A DNA stretch of 64,000 bases from Octopus bimaculoides (taxonomy: Eukaryota): positions 35,087,642-35,151,641 of the forward strand of contig NC_068991.1 in NCBI RefSeq assembly GCF_001194135.2, in the 5' to 3' direction. The notes beneath the pieces were generated by a model that was given only the letters and a program-made list of their open reading frames with translations, was not told the DNA's origin and made no database searches. The position numbers were made by a program, and so were the translations under genes. Positions 39,930 to 52,589 of this stretch are shown one piece after another (the first letter of the stretch is position 1; each line of letters begins with the position of its first letter).

Positions 39930-40702
39930 CCAAGTGACATCGCTGTGTTTACTTCACAAGTTGTGAAATTTGTGTTTTTGTGGTTATCTTTATGCTGTAA
40001 TCTGCAATTTTGTCATAGACAGGGACAAAAAGCCAATGCGAAATTTTGCGTTAATCTTGAGAAGTCTGCTACAGAGACATTGAGCATGCTTCAGCAAGCT
40101 TACAGCAACAAGGCATTGAGTTGTATGCAATGTTTTAAGTGGCTCTGGTGCTTCAAAAGTGGGAGAACATCCCTGGAAGACTATGATCGATTTGGAAGGC
40201 CTGCCACAAGTGTCACTCCTGGAAATGTGGTATTGGGCATTGATAACTCATCCCCCAGGGCCAAACATCAGTTGAGAATTCTACTGCATTTTTAAAGTGT
40301 TTAAGGACGGACATTAGGAAAAAGTAACCAGATCTATGGAGCATGAAGAATTGGATTCCTCACCAAGCTCTTCTTGCCAAAAACAACATGATATTGCTTC
40401 CGCACCTGCCCAATTCACCAGTTTTAGCACCTGCATACTTCCATCCCTTCCCCCAAGATGAAAATGCAGCTCAAAGGTCACCATTGTAACACCATTGTCA
40501 AGATCCAGAGTGAATCACAGAAGGTCTTCGACTTGCTTATGGAAAATGACTTCCAGGCCAGATTCCAGAAGTGTTAGGAAAGCTGGGACTGGTGTATTGT
40601 TGCACAAGGCAACTATTTTGAAGGAGATGATGTTAAAACTTACATAAATAAATTATTTTTTATTAAATGTAACTACTCCAGGAACCTTTTAATACCATCT
40701 CA
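39930..40702 (+). mobile_element. Internally deleted mariner
   Basis: KFCVNLEKSATETLSMLQQAY..FKSGRTSLED..GRPATS, then PHLPNSPVLAP..FPKMKMQLKG..GNYFEGD; the 5' limit is approximate. Confidence 0.8.
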
Positions 40703-42400
40703 TATCCACAAGGTCTTCGTCTCGTTTTGACTTACTACACTCTATCTCTTTCTCTATCATCTACTTGATAGATATAGTCTTGCTAACTTGACATTTGGAT
40801 GGGCTGACCATTTGGAAGTAGCAATTGCCTAAGTTGTCAGTGGGTTCTAGCCAACATCTTATGATAATGAATTTCATAGCTCTCTTTTCCCCTCTGTACC
40901 ATCCTGCAAATGAGAGCAAAATAAAATTATTAAGGACAAAGTACATTTATTTTTATTTTAAAAATTTTAAGTATTTTTATATAAAATTCTATTATTCAAG
41001 CAAATAAAGTTTTACATCTCACCTTCTGAGATTTTTTGCTGGTGAAAAGAGGTGCCAGAATTTTGTCTTGATCCCTAGCAAGCATTGCTGAAGTAAGCCT
41101 TATAGGCCTCACACATTTTAGTGAATGCTGTCTCAGCTTTATCTTAATAAATCAGTTACAGACAAGAAAATGCATCTTACAGATACTTGCAGCTTCCTGA
41201 TACCATCTCAGATAAAAGCAGATAGGCCTGTCTCCTGAGGCATCTAGAACTAAACTGAACTGGTGAGCTCAAGGTTCCTGTAGTTATATTACTGAGAAAT
41301 TCTAGAAAATTCATGATTCTCAAAAGTTCAAGAAAATTCTCTATTAGCTGCTCAGCACTGAGTCTATCTGGAATGTTCTTGTAGTAAATAAATTTCCAAA
41401 TATTATTGGAGTCACAAAAGTCAAGTTTGAAGAGAATGATAGCCATTCCCTTTACATTTGCCCAAGGACAAAATGTTGCTTATACTATTATATGCTCTAG
41501 TTTTCCTTATAGTTTGGGTTTATATTCTTCATTAATTATTGTTTATGGTAGTTGTTAAATAAAGGTTCTTAGCCTTGTCGGGTAAAACTGTTTTATTGGT
41601 CTACCTAACTGGAAAGAGTTAATGTTTCTGTAGAATTTAATATTAGTTATTATGCTTAGAAGGTCAGATTGAAAGGACTCTAATTCTTTAATCTTGGGTG
41701 GGTAGTTTTGTATTTTGATGCTGTAATAGTATGAAAGTTCTTGGTTTATATTTGCATGATAGAAACATGTGTATACTTGTAATAAACATATAATAAACTA
41801 TGCATGATAAACTACATATCTGTGTGTATATTCACGTGTGAAGTGTGGATGTGAGTTTTCCTCTTTTTTATCAAGTGATGTGAGATGCACATTATTGTGA
41901 TGTCCCTTCTATTGTTCAACAACATTAACTAACAACTTTGTTCACCATGAAACTCAGTCTATCTTTCAACAGGCTGCTGACTGTTGCAGTTCCAATATCC
42001 TTTCTGAAATCTGTACTGACAGTTCTTCTGTGTTGTGGAGTCTACTCACAGACACTGTTTGACTTTATTATTGCAGTAGTCCTGGTTGAGCAGATTTATG
42101 ATCAAAGGCTAGCCATCTCTACTTTTGTCAGACATAGTTTATTTAGGATTCATTCATCCATGTACCCTTCTAGTTTTAAAATGGTTGTAGTTTTAGAAAG
42201 TTCATTTACTGTTTCTATCAGTTTCAGTGATAATGTAAAGACTTGATTAAGTCTATTCTACATATGTAAAATAACGAACAAATTTGAGTTTAATCAGTGC
42301 AGTGGTAGCATTTCAGTCAAACCTTTTGCACAATTTTATTTTGATACATTTTTCACTTGTACCATTAAATTATGTCAATGTATTTTCTTAATTTTTCTAG

Positions 42401-42564
42401 CTACCTACACAACATTGCTACGAGAACTAGTTGCAGAATTCACATTGACAGATAACCCTGCTAATACTACAACATCACATTTACGATCAATGTGTCATGT
42501 AGATGATAGTGTAATTCTGGGTTCCTGGCTTCAAGAAACTGACCACAAAGCCATTGAAGATCAG
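42401..42564 (+). CDS. HEATR5B: HEATR5B exon: [25 protein letters not shown]...[16 protein letters not shown]
   Basis: ttctag / gtacaa boundaries; phase 1 to 0. Confidence 0.94.
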
Positions 42565-43397
42565 GTACAATTACATAAGTAATCTGCATGTTTTAATATC
42601 AAATATTTTTTCTATATTCATCAGTGGTTTTTGAAATTTCAGCATGTTACTTGGACTTATTCTTTACTACTCATTATATATATGTTCTCATTAACTACAT
42701 TCTAAAAGCAGACTAGAATTTAACTTTTAAATAATATAGTAGCTGGATTGGGAGAATTGGTAGATTACAGATGTAGGTCACCAAATCTTTTGTTTTGCAG
42801 TATTTAGCTATGTTTGTTGACATTCTGAGTTTATGTTAAATAAGTACTGCTGTTAATTTTAATCAGTTGTTCCTCCTCTAGCTAAGCAGGCCACAAACAA
42901 ATTTGAGTTTAATCAGTGCAGTGGTTGCATTTCAGTCAAACCTTTGGCACAATTTTATTTTGAAACTAGAGTAACTACGAAAATGACTGGTATTTAGTTA
43001 ATTTATTAACATTTTGAGTTTAAATCCCTTGAGGGTGAACTTCACTTTTCATTCTTTAGGTGTCAATAAAACAAGCCCCCCCCCCCCTGAAATATTGGGG
43101 TCAATACAATTAACTATTTCCCATTCCTCAAAAATTGGTTTTGTCTTCTCAAAAGAAAACAATATTTGATTATTTTTACTTAAGCAAATCACAACTAGTC
43201 ATTAATGTTCTGTTGATTTTAGGTGGAATAGTAGTGATGTTCATAGCTTTAACTACATTTTTATTGACATGAGTGAAGTAGTTATAAAAACATTTTTTAT
43301 CATTTTGTCAGCTCAGTTTGTTAACAACTTTCTTTCCACTCTACCAGTGATTTTAGATTGATAAATTAGAATTTAGAAATATTTCAGTTGGTACTGT

Positions 43398-44230
43398 TAT
43401 TATTATTCAGGCACTGCCTGGAATCGAACTTGGAATCTTGGGGTTAGTAACCTGTGCTCTTAACCACTACACCATATGCCCGTGGGCAATTATGGAGTGA
43501 ATTTTAGGGCTTATAAATCTAATATTTTCCTATCCTTCCTTAAAACTGGTTCCCATATGCTGCTCATATCTGCACTCGGTCTGCTTAGGAGGTTGTTGTG
43601 TCCTAGCATATATGCTGTTTCTTTTAGTTTTCCTATTTTCCAGTGGCGTTCTCTGTCTATTATTTTAACTTCATTCCACAGGGGAAGGTAGTCTCTGTTT
43701 CTCCATACATGATCAGCTATACCCAATTTATCAACAGGAGATATTGATAAATTGGATATACCTGATTATGTGTGGAAAAATGGAAACCACCTCCCCCTAT
43801 GGGATGAAGTTAAAATAATAGATATAGAACACCACTGGAAAATACAAAAACTAAAAGAGGCAGCATATATGCTAGGACATAATAGCCTCCTAAGCAGACC
43901 GAGTGCAGATATGAGCAGCATATGAGAACCGGTATTAAGGAAGGATAGGAAAATATTAGATTTATAACCCCTAAAATTCACTCCATAATTGCCCACGAGC
44001 ATATAGCATAGTGGTTAAGAGCACGGGCTATTAACCCCAAGATTCCGAGTTTGATTCCAGTGACCTGAATAATAATAATAATAATGTCAGAAAAATACCT
44101 TAGGAATGAGAACTCGGGTTCGAAATTCCCCCAGGACACCTGATGAAGGCTGGAGAGTACATCAGCCAAAATGTATTAACAACAAACAAGATGAGGACAA
44201 ATATCTGTCAAATGTAAATAATGTCAGTTG
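43398..44230. mobile_element. Penelope-like 3' end as an inverted pair: GIY-YIG C-terminus + tRNA-like module + (AAT)n, with a decayed hammerhead after the right arm
   Basis: Arms ~340 bp around a ~9-nt spacer (43735-43743). Coding remnant DHVW..LPLWNEVKIIDRE.HWKI.KLKE. tRNA-like tagtggttaagagc..gagtt(c/t)gattcc. ctgatgaaggctg..cagcc at 44140-44167. Confidence 0.7.
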
Positions 44231-47200
44231 GCCTTCTCACCAACTTTCTTCTGAAAAATACAAACTCTGTGTGTGTATGTGTGCTACATCAAATTATAGT
44301 TTCCAAATTTTTGAGTTCTGATTTTGTTCTTCAACTTCTATTTTAATATTGAATCTTAAGCAAAAGGACAAAACCCCACTATTATGTCCTCTGCTGTTGC
44401 TACATTTTATCAATAGAAGAAAGTTCTTGATTGTTGATTGGCATCTTAAACTACTGCTGATCAAATACTGAACAAAAACATAGGTAGTGAGTGTGATAGA
44501 TATGGTTGAGCTAGTCATAAGTACTAAGATTGTGATGTGTAGATAAATTATAAGTTCATTTTTGGAGAATAATTAGATTCTAGCTGTATTTATCTCCTCT
44601 CTTGTGAAAATTATTTGTTGATATTATTGGAATTAATGTTATGGAGTGACTAAAGAGGTCAAAGGAAACTTGCATCAAGAAATAATTAAAAGTAAAATAG
44701 ATATGTTTCTTACTCAGTTCATATATTACGGTTGGGAAGAAGAGAGAGAAAAAGACATTTTCAGGCACCTGAGTCTATAAAATAATAATGAGCTTATTGA
44801 ATATATTGTATAGAATATTCAGGTGCACTACAACTCCTCTAACTTTATTTCTTATCTAATAATTTTCTGCTTGCTCACATTTTTTTATATTTAAATTGTA
44901 CTCTGTTCCATAACATGTTCATTTCTATTTCAAAATAGTTTAGATTTTTATATCATCATCATCATCATCTTGCAATAATAGATATTCTTAATTATTGGCT
45001 GAAATAGGAAATATTTGATTAAATCGGTCACATTTTCAATATGCTTTCATTTTCTCTTTTCTAAATTTTAAAATGATTCCATTGTGATATTTTGTTATTT
45101 GTTAATTTTGTTTTTTTCCCCCCTATCTCTTAGGTTTAGCTATAGTACTTTTTATGTGAAAATCATGATTTACCAGAAAGAACATTGACAGTTTAGACCT
45201 TATATCAGTATATTAAATGTACTATAGATCTACTGCTACTGCTGCGGCTCCAGTTACTCCTTTACCCTCCACTGAATAAGATAATTTTCTGGTGCATTTT
45301 TTTTTCTCTTCAAAATTGTCCTACCTACTTCCTTTGTAGTATGAACCTAATCATAGACGGGATACAGATAATGTGAGTACAAAACTCTGAGAGCCCATTG
45401 CAACTTTGTAATAACTATGCTTGTAATAACTATGCGTCTCATCTGGTTGCTCAACTACTAAACTATGTTACTGTTTTTAAACTTAATCTCTTTATCATAT
45501 TTTCTTTTTACTCCTTATACTCCTAAATGATCATGGCATTGAGAAGATCTTTTGTTTTTGAAGAGATCTCAGACTCTTTAACTTGCATGATAGCATGGGC
45601 TCTTTTTTTCTTTTCTTTTTATTAGACCGGTCTTCATATAACATGAAATATTAAAAATATGAAGTTCAAAAAATAATTCTTAAGATAGATTTTGAATGCC
45701 AGCCTTATACAAGGGTCCTTAGATTTATAGTTTTAGTACATTAATGAAAAGATGAGTTAACTAAACTAGTTTTAGGATTTTTTTTTATCTATTTAAACCA
45801 GATCTCTAGTATTAGAAATATCAAATACAGTGCTTTATTCCAGAGTTTTAAAATTTATTGTATGGTTTTGCCTAGTATACAAAAGTACAGAGCCTTTCAT
45901 AAATATTACATGCTATTTAGTAAAACATAAAAATTACTGTAAGTTTAAGATGCTCTATGATAGATACTTGGTTAGATGTTCATGTCTTACTCGATTGTAC
46001 TCTTTTTTTTTTTATCTATAGCTGAGTAGTTATTTTATAGAACTGGAATATGTTGTTCTATTTGCAAATGTTTCGCTTAGTAAAATCCATCCATCCCATG
46101 CTAACATGCAGAAAATAGATGTAAAATATAAGAGAATATTGTTACTTCCTTGAGTCTGAAAGATGGGGCAGAGCCTGTGAACTTTGCAACTCTTCCAAAA
46201 CTAATAAGATTGATACCATTAACATTTCATTTAAATAGTTACAGATTAACACCTGCAAAAAGGAGATTCCAGAGGGATGATGTTCTGGGGATAAAGGATT
46301 AGGTATAATGGTTAGTACAAAGAAAGGAAAGTTGCACACATCAAGGGTGACAAGTGGAACAGGGGCATCTGAATGGTGAAGGTATGAAACAACCATCTCC
46401 AAATAACTGAAACTATTATAGTAGCAATGGAAAAGACAGAGGAAATCAGTAACCCAATGAAAAATAGACCTCACAAACAGCATCTAAAGCTTAGATGGTA
46501 TCTTCCCTCATTAGAAAAGTAAAATTTTTAAAATCTAAATTATTAATTTTACTTCTTTTTACAAAAAGACACCAGAAACTTGTATTGAATCAGTATTAAC
46601 AATTCTGTCACTGGTCTAATTAACATGCAGTTATATACTGATTTAAATTAACATAGGGTTTCATCTGAATGGTTGCATTTCTTTTTGAGTTGCTATGCAT
46701 GTGTCAATGTTTCTGATGTAGCTATTCAAATTTATGTTATAATGAATATTGGGATCATAAACTTACAATGCTCATCCAAAACAACCATATATATAAATGA
46801 AAAGCCTTAACTCAACATCATTTAGAACAGAAATCAGAAGAGAACTCTATACAAGTTAAAGATAACAGAAAGTTGCAAAGCACAATGTTCGATTTCACAG
46901 ATTTGATGTAGCAGAGTTTCTGTGCTAAAAGATGAAATTACCACCACCACTGTTTTGTTTTCCTTTGATGTCTTCCAAGAAGGCATGGGTTGGATGGTTA
47001 CACAGGATCCAATTTGTCAGAGGACAGCATCCTGCTCCAATACCTACTTGGCTAGATGCCCTTCCTAATGCCAATAATTTTATGAAGTGCACAAGGTGCA
47101 TTTTTCATGACAAGCACTACTAAAGTTGCCATGTAGTTCACATGATTAACATTCCCATTGACTTGAGTGGGGATACATTAGAGAGGGATGCCACGTCATG

Positions 47201-47313
47201 CTAGATGATGAAAAGTTAGAGTATGAAAGAAGGGACCAAAACCAGTTTCATGCTGAAGAGGATATATAGGGCTGCCCAAATTATACACACATACACGCAA
47301 ATGTGTGTATATG

Positions 47314-47358
<45 letters not shown>

Positions 47359-47561
47359 TTTATTATATGTATTTATTTTCTCTTAGTTAATTAACTTGGA
47401 CAAAATAAATTGGTTAATAGATACCAGGGTAGCAAAGATCACAAAATGACTGTGGTGTAACTCCTGTTTATGAGGTAGAAACTCCTTGTTATTTTGGGTA
47501 CTTGAGTAAATATATAAATTTAGTAAATGGAGTAGAACGCATATGTTAACTGAATACTTTT

Positions 47562-47651
47562 ATTTCCAACATATGTTTCGAAGATTACAAATTATACCTT
47601 CCATAGGAATAGGTGATGTTGATAAGAATGTAATCTTCTCTTCAGGGAAAT
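47562..47651 (-). ncRNA. Mirror-image intact type I hammerhead ribozyme motif
   Basis: Exact reverse complement of 47778-47867 in the left palindrome arm. Confidence 0.82.
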
Positions 47652-47777
47652 GCATGGGAACCAGCTTAACCGTAAGACATTTTAACCGAATATGATAACT
47701 GTAGCTAGAGAAGATCTTCTCTAACTACAGTTATCATATTCGGTTAAAATGTCTTACGGTTAAGCTGGTTCCCATGC

Positions 47778-47867
47778 ATTTCCCTGAAGAGAAGATTACA
47801 TTCTTATCAACATCACCTATTCCTATGGAAGGTATAATTTGTAATCTTCGAAACATATGTTGGAAAT
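47778..47867 (+). ncRNA. Intact type I hammerhead ribozyme motif
   Basis: Stem I ATTTCC/GGAAAT; core CTGAAGA; stem II GAAGATTAC/GTAATCTTC with a 41-nt loop; GAAA; palindromic stem III ACATATGT; GUU cleavage triplet. Confidence 0.82.
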
Positions 47868-48339
47868 AAAAGTATTCAGTTAACATATGCGTTCTACTCC
47901 ATTTACTAAATTTATATATATATATATATTCATGTCTATATCTACCTCCCCACCCACCTATATTTGTATTTACATATATAGATATATACACACAGACACA
48001 TATATCTATCTATCCATCCATTATTCTTAGGAAGGTCATGTTGGTAAAGTCCTCAGGCAATGCTTTTCTTCTACAGGATCCTATCAAAAGCAATCCTCAT
48101 TAGATTTTCCAGATGGATTCCCAAGTATATCTATCTGTGACTATGGATATTATCCAACCATCTTGTCCTTGATTTTTCCCCTAGGTCTCCTGCTGGTTGG
48201 TTTGACTTGAAAAATGTGTGTGTGTGTGTGATACTGTGAGTGCAAACTATGGACATACAAAATATGCAATAGTATCACAAGCAGGTTAACAAAACAGTAG
48301 ACTTTGCACAGAAGCAATAACCACAAAAACATGGGAAAT

Positions 48340-48870
48340 AAACTTTTTAAAATGCTCAGGAGAATCTCTAGAGGTAGTAGATAGCCTTCGTTACCTAGGT
48401 GATCAAATTAGCAGTGGAAGATGAGTAAAAGTATAGTCACTGGAATAGGAAAATGTTCAGTGAACTTTTTACTCTGTCGGTAAAAGGATTCTATCTGATA
48501 GTGAAAAGCAGATTGTATGATGCTTCGGTATGAACTGCAATGCTACATGGTAATGAGACATGGGCTCTTAATGCAGAGGACTCGGAAGAACTAAAAAGAA
48601 ATGCATCTAAAGTACAAATGTATTTGAAAGAAAAGATGGACATAAGAGGAATCAAACGTAGTACACAAGAGTGACAACTGTGCTGCTATGGACATGTGAT
48701 GCTTAATGATGAGGACAGCTGCAATTTTTTGTGGATGGAGCTTGTGGTAGTGGGAAAGTCAAGAAGACATAGTAAAGGCTGATTTCAGGACTGAATTTGA
48801 TGGAGGAAATGTCAAAGGACTGGGGTGACTGGCAATATGTTGTGCTTGAGAAAACCCACCTATCTTGCTG
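48340..48870 (+). mobile_element. Decayed RTE LINE 3' coding fragment
   Basis: GESLEVVDSLRYLGDQISSG..LYDASV..AMLHGNETWAL, homologous to 9791-10261. Confidence 0.75.
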
Positions 48871-50093
48871 AAACTGAGGTTGTGGAAGCATAATGTGTGT
48901 ATACACAATTGGATTTCTCACCCAATTTGCTCATTAAGTTTGCCCTCCCTCCCAGTCACTGATCCTTCCAACAGTTGCCTAACTACAGTATTCGGCTGCT
49001 ATAACTAAATGAAGGCAGAAATACATATTTACCCATTTTTTTCTGTGATACCAGCTATCTTTCTTACTATCTAGTACCACTTCACTTGACATCCATTCTT
49101 CATATTCATAACATTGCCCCTTGCTACTCTCACATTTCACATTGATTGCTCTTCTATGCTACCAAATTATCACCTTTGCTTTGAACCATTTCCTGTTGAC
49201 TTACTCCTATCACCATACATCTCACATTCTCTCTATCTCTCCACACACACTTTTGAAACCTACCTATCCACTCATCCTCTCCTTTTCTCTCATATTTCTT
49301 TACTATATTATTATTACTGTTCTGCTGCTCTTCATCTTTTTCTGTACTGCCAGTCATCACTGACTCTCCTCTTCCTTTCCTCCAACTCTTATATCATTGA
49401 TCACTTTTCTACCTTTAACCCTACCCAATCTCTACAGTCAACACCTACTCTTCTCTTCAACTTAAATTAATCTTTGTTCTTCATTCATTATATTCATTAT
49501 ATTCTTCATTCATTATATACTGTTCACTCTCGCAGTATCTACCCACCCACCCTTCTTGTTCTGTCTCTATTAACTTCTACTCATCTCCTTGAACCTTGAG
49601 GGATCATCCCACCCGACACTTTGTCACAACCATCTTATTTCACTTTCCAGCATCACTCTAATTACTCCTACCTGTTCTTGTATGTTAGTAGCTGTGTATC
49701 TCTGTAGCAAGAAACCTGTTCCAGACCCTGCTTTTATACTTTAATTTCTTATTACCAAGCATAAAGCCATCTTCATTTTTACTGTAGTCCTATTCTGTCC
49801 AAGGAAAACCTGGTTTTCCCTAGTTACATGGCAGCCTTAATAATTTATCATGATCGGTACTGTGGTAAAAGCACCCAGTACCTTCTGTAAAATGGCTGGT
49901 GTTAGAAAGGGCCTCCAGTTATAAAAACCACACAAAACTAGACATCTGAGCATGATGCTGTCCTGCAGTCCATTGGATCTTCTCAAACTCTCCAACCCAT
50001 ACCAACCTGGAAGAAAAACTTTAAAAGATGATTATGATGTATATCAACAATGTATATAGCTATGTATTTGTATATAAACTACATACATATATA

Positions 50094-50127
<34 letters not shown>

Positions 50128-51469
50128 CTACATGCTAAACTACAATTATTTACAGACTGCATGGATAAAATTATATCTAACTCTATAACTAACTCAGCTA
50201 AGGAGCAGAAATTACCTTAAAACCTGCATAATCCCTGTAACCAAAACAAAACAAAAAAAGGCAAGCAACAAGTACATAAACTACTAAAAAGTAACAAGCA
50301 GCAGAGACCTAACTCTAGAATGAAATCCAATTTATCACAACCAGGGGTTTTCCTCATCAGTTGCCTAATGGATATTATTGTGATTTTGACACCCAAGGTA
50401 AGATCACTACTTCTGTTGCCAATTTCTTAGAAAAAAACAAATATCATTTGGGAATATGCAAACCAGGTATTTGTATCTGGTCCACAACTTGTAAATGTAC
50501 ATATCCCAAAGATGAATATACACAACTATTAAAACATGCAGGTAACAAATAATCATAATTTGATATAAAATATCTCTGTCTGTTCACACACACACACACA
50601 CACACACTATTAGTAGAATTGTTAGTGTTCGAAAGATGGCTTTGTGGGAATTGTTCTGGTTAAGTTCAAATCCTTCCAAAGTCATCTTTGCTTCTTGCCC
50701 TTTCAAACTTGATAAATGAAGTACCAGACCAGTACTAGGGTCAATTCTTCTCTATCTTTCTCTGGATGAAATCAGCTCTGGTCAGATATATGCTATATGC
50801 CATGACAGCACCACTGCAACTCTGTCAAAGAGTTAAGGGACCGAGGCAAGTCATTGTCTTAAGCAAGAATTTTTCCTATGACAAACTGCAGTGAAAATCC
50901 TTTACAAGTTCAAATATCTTTCAAACATATTTGGACTGCTCTTAAGTTTGTATATGTGCGTTTATTTGTATACATACTTCTGTTTGAAAATTCCTGTTAT
51001 TGAACATTTGCTTTCTAGTTCATGTATCTTATTCTAATAACTTATTCAATATGAACAATATTCTAAGCACACTTTTACACCCACTTCCACTTCTATTTTC
51101 ATAGTTTACTGTGATGTTGAAAAAATAGATTAAGCTACCATTTGTAAAATTTTGTTAAATACATAGATTCATTACAGTCATTGCATGTTACACTTTAACA
51201 ATTTTTCTTATTAATTATGAACTCAATTATATATGGTACATATAGTTGAATATATGGGGTTTTATATATTCACTTTGTACAAAATGCATGTAGATGAGTA
51301 TATAGACTCACTCATTACACATGATGACTGTAGATGAGCATATATGAGTAAATAAACTTGCTCATTATTCTTGATGCATGGAGATGAATATATAAGGGTT
51401 TGGCTCCTCTGTTTACTGCATATTTCACAGTTGTCTTTTAGGACTGTTCTGTACATTCTTGCTTGTTAA

Positions 51470-51691
51470 CCCTTTCGATACCAACCCGGCTGAAACTACC
51501 TTTGGCTATGTAGTACAAATATCTTGTTTTCATTAGTTTTGAATTAAAATCTTCCACCAAACCTTAGTCACAATTTATGTCCCTAACACTAGCTTAATGA
51601 TAACTAAGTTATTTTACTAAATTCTTTGTTATATTTAAAATTAATTGAAAGAAAAGCAGAGCATCTCAAAATATATATGGTAACGAAAGGG
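51470..51691. mobile_element. piggyBac-like MITE
   Basis: TTAA TSD; TIRs ccctttcgatacca / tggtaacgaaaggg. Confidence 0.82.
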
Positions 51692-52544
51692 TTAATGATA
51701 ATTTCTTCCAGTACTTTAAAATACATAAAAACTTGACTGGAATAAGAGAATCTGTGCATTTGTTGGTGTTGGTTGTCAGTTTTATTGTTGCTTTTAGCAT
51801 GTTTGCAGAATGTTGCATTTAACATTGGGTAATATTAGTAACTTTGAGTATATTGATATTTCTATACTCTATCAATGGCTCCAGCAGCAGCAGTAGTAGC
51901 AATTTTCATAGTACTATATTTACTTGAAACTAATTTTTTAAGGCAGGAAAGCAATAAAGAACATACTTAGTATATCAAGTTTATCCAGTTTTAATCATAA
52001 ATGCCTTTGTTGTTGCAGACAAATAAGATTTTTTGTTTTGTTTGTTTAATCTTCTGGATTTCAATTTCACATTTTTCTCCTCATACACTCTATCTTCTAT
52101 TCTAACTTGAGGTTTTTTTAAAAATTCATTGTATTCATTCAAAATAATTTTATATATTTCTTTTAGTAAAAATCTTTTGGATTTATAAATGTACTTCTTC
52201 AGTAGTTGAATTATAAAGAATTCTCCTTTAATTCCTATTTTTGTTTATATATTTATAATTTATGCAATATCTTAACTTATTTTCAAAGTATGATGAGGTT
52301 ATGTCATTCTATAATTTGCATAAACAGACTTCAAAATTTGAGTGTCTTGTCTTTTATGTACAAAAACCTGAAAGTGATAGATACTGAACATGAGAAATAT
52401 GTAGTTGTATGCAGGTAAATTGTATTAGTTCTTTATATCTAAAGATTTCATACACTCAACTTTACTGTCAGAGGTGAAACAAAATATTCAGGTATGAATA
52501 AAAAAATTGTGTTTAGCCTCATACAGTTACATACACACACACAT

Positions 52545-52585
<41 letters not shown>

Positions 52586-52589
<4 letters not shown>

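Larger units (their letters stand above)
47511..47918. repeat. Spacerless near-perfect palindrome, 204-bp arms
   Basis: Centre aaga|tctt at 47714/47715. I saw only one mismatch (tagctag versus ctaacta, near the centre). Confidence 0.95.

Noticed and set aside
43998-44066. Functional tRNA gene
   Set aside because: A- and B-box-like motifs exist, but the acceptor stem is not closed and it is embedded in a TE inverted pair; treated as tRNA-derived.
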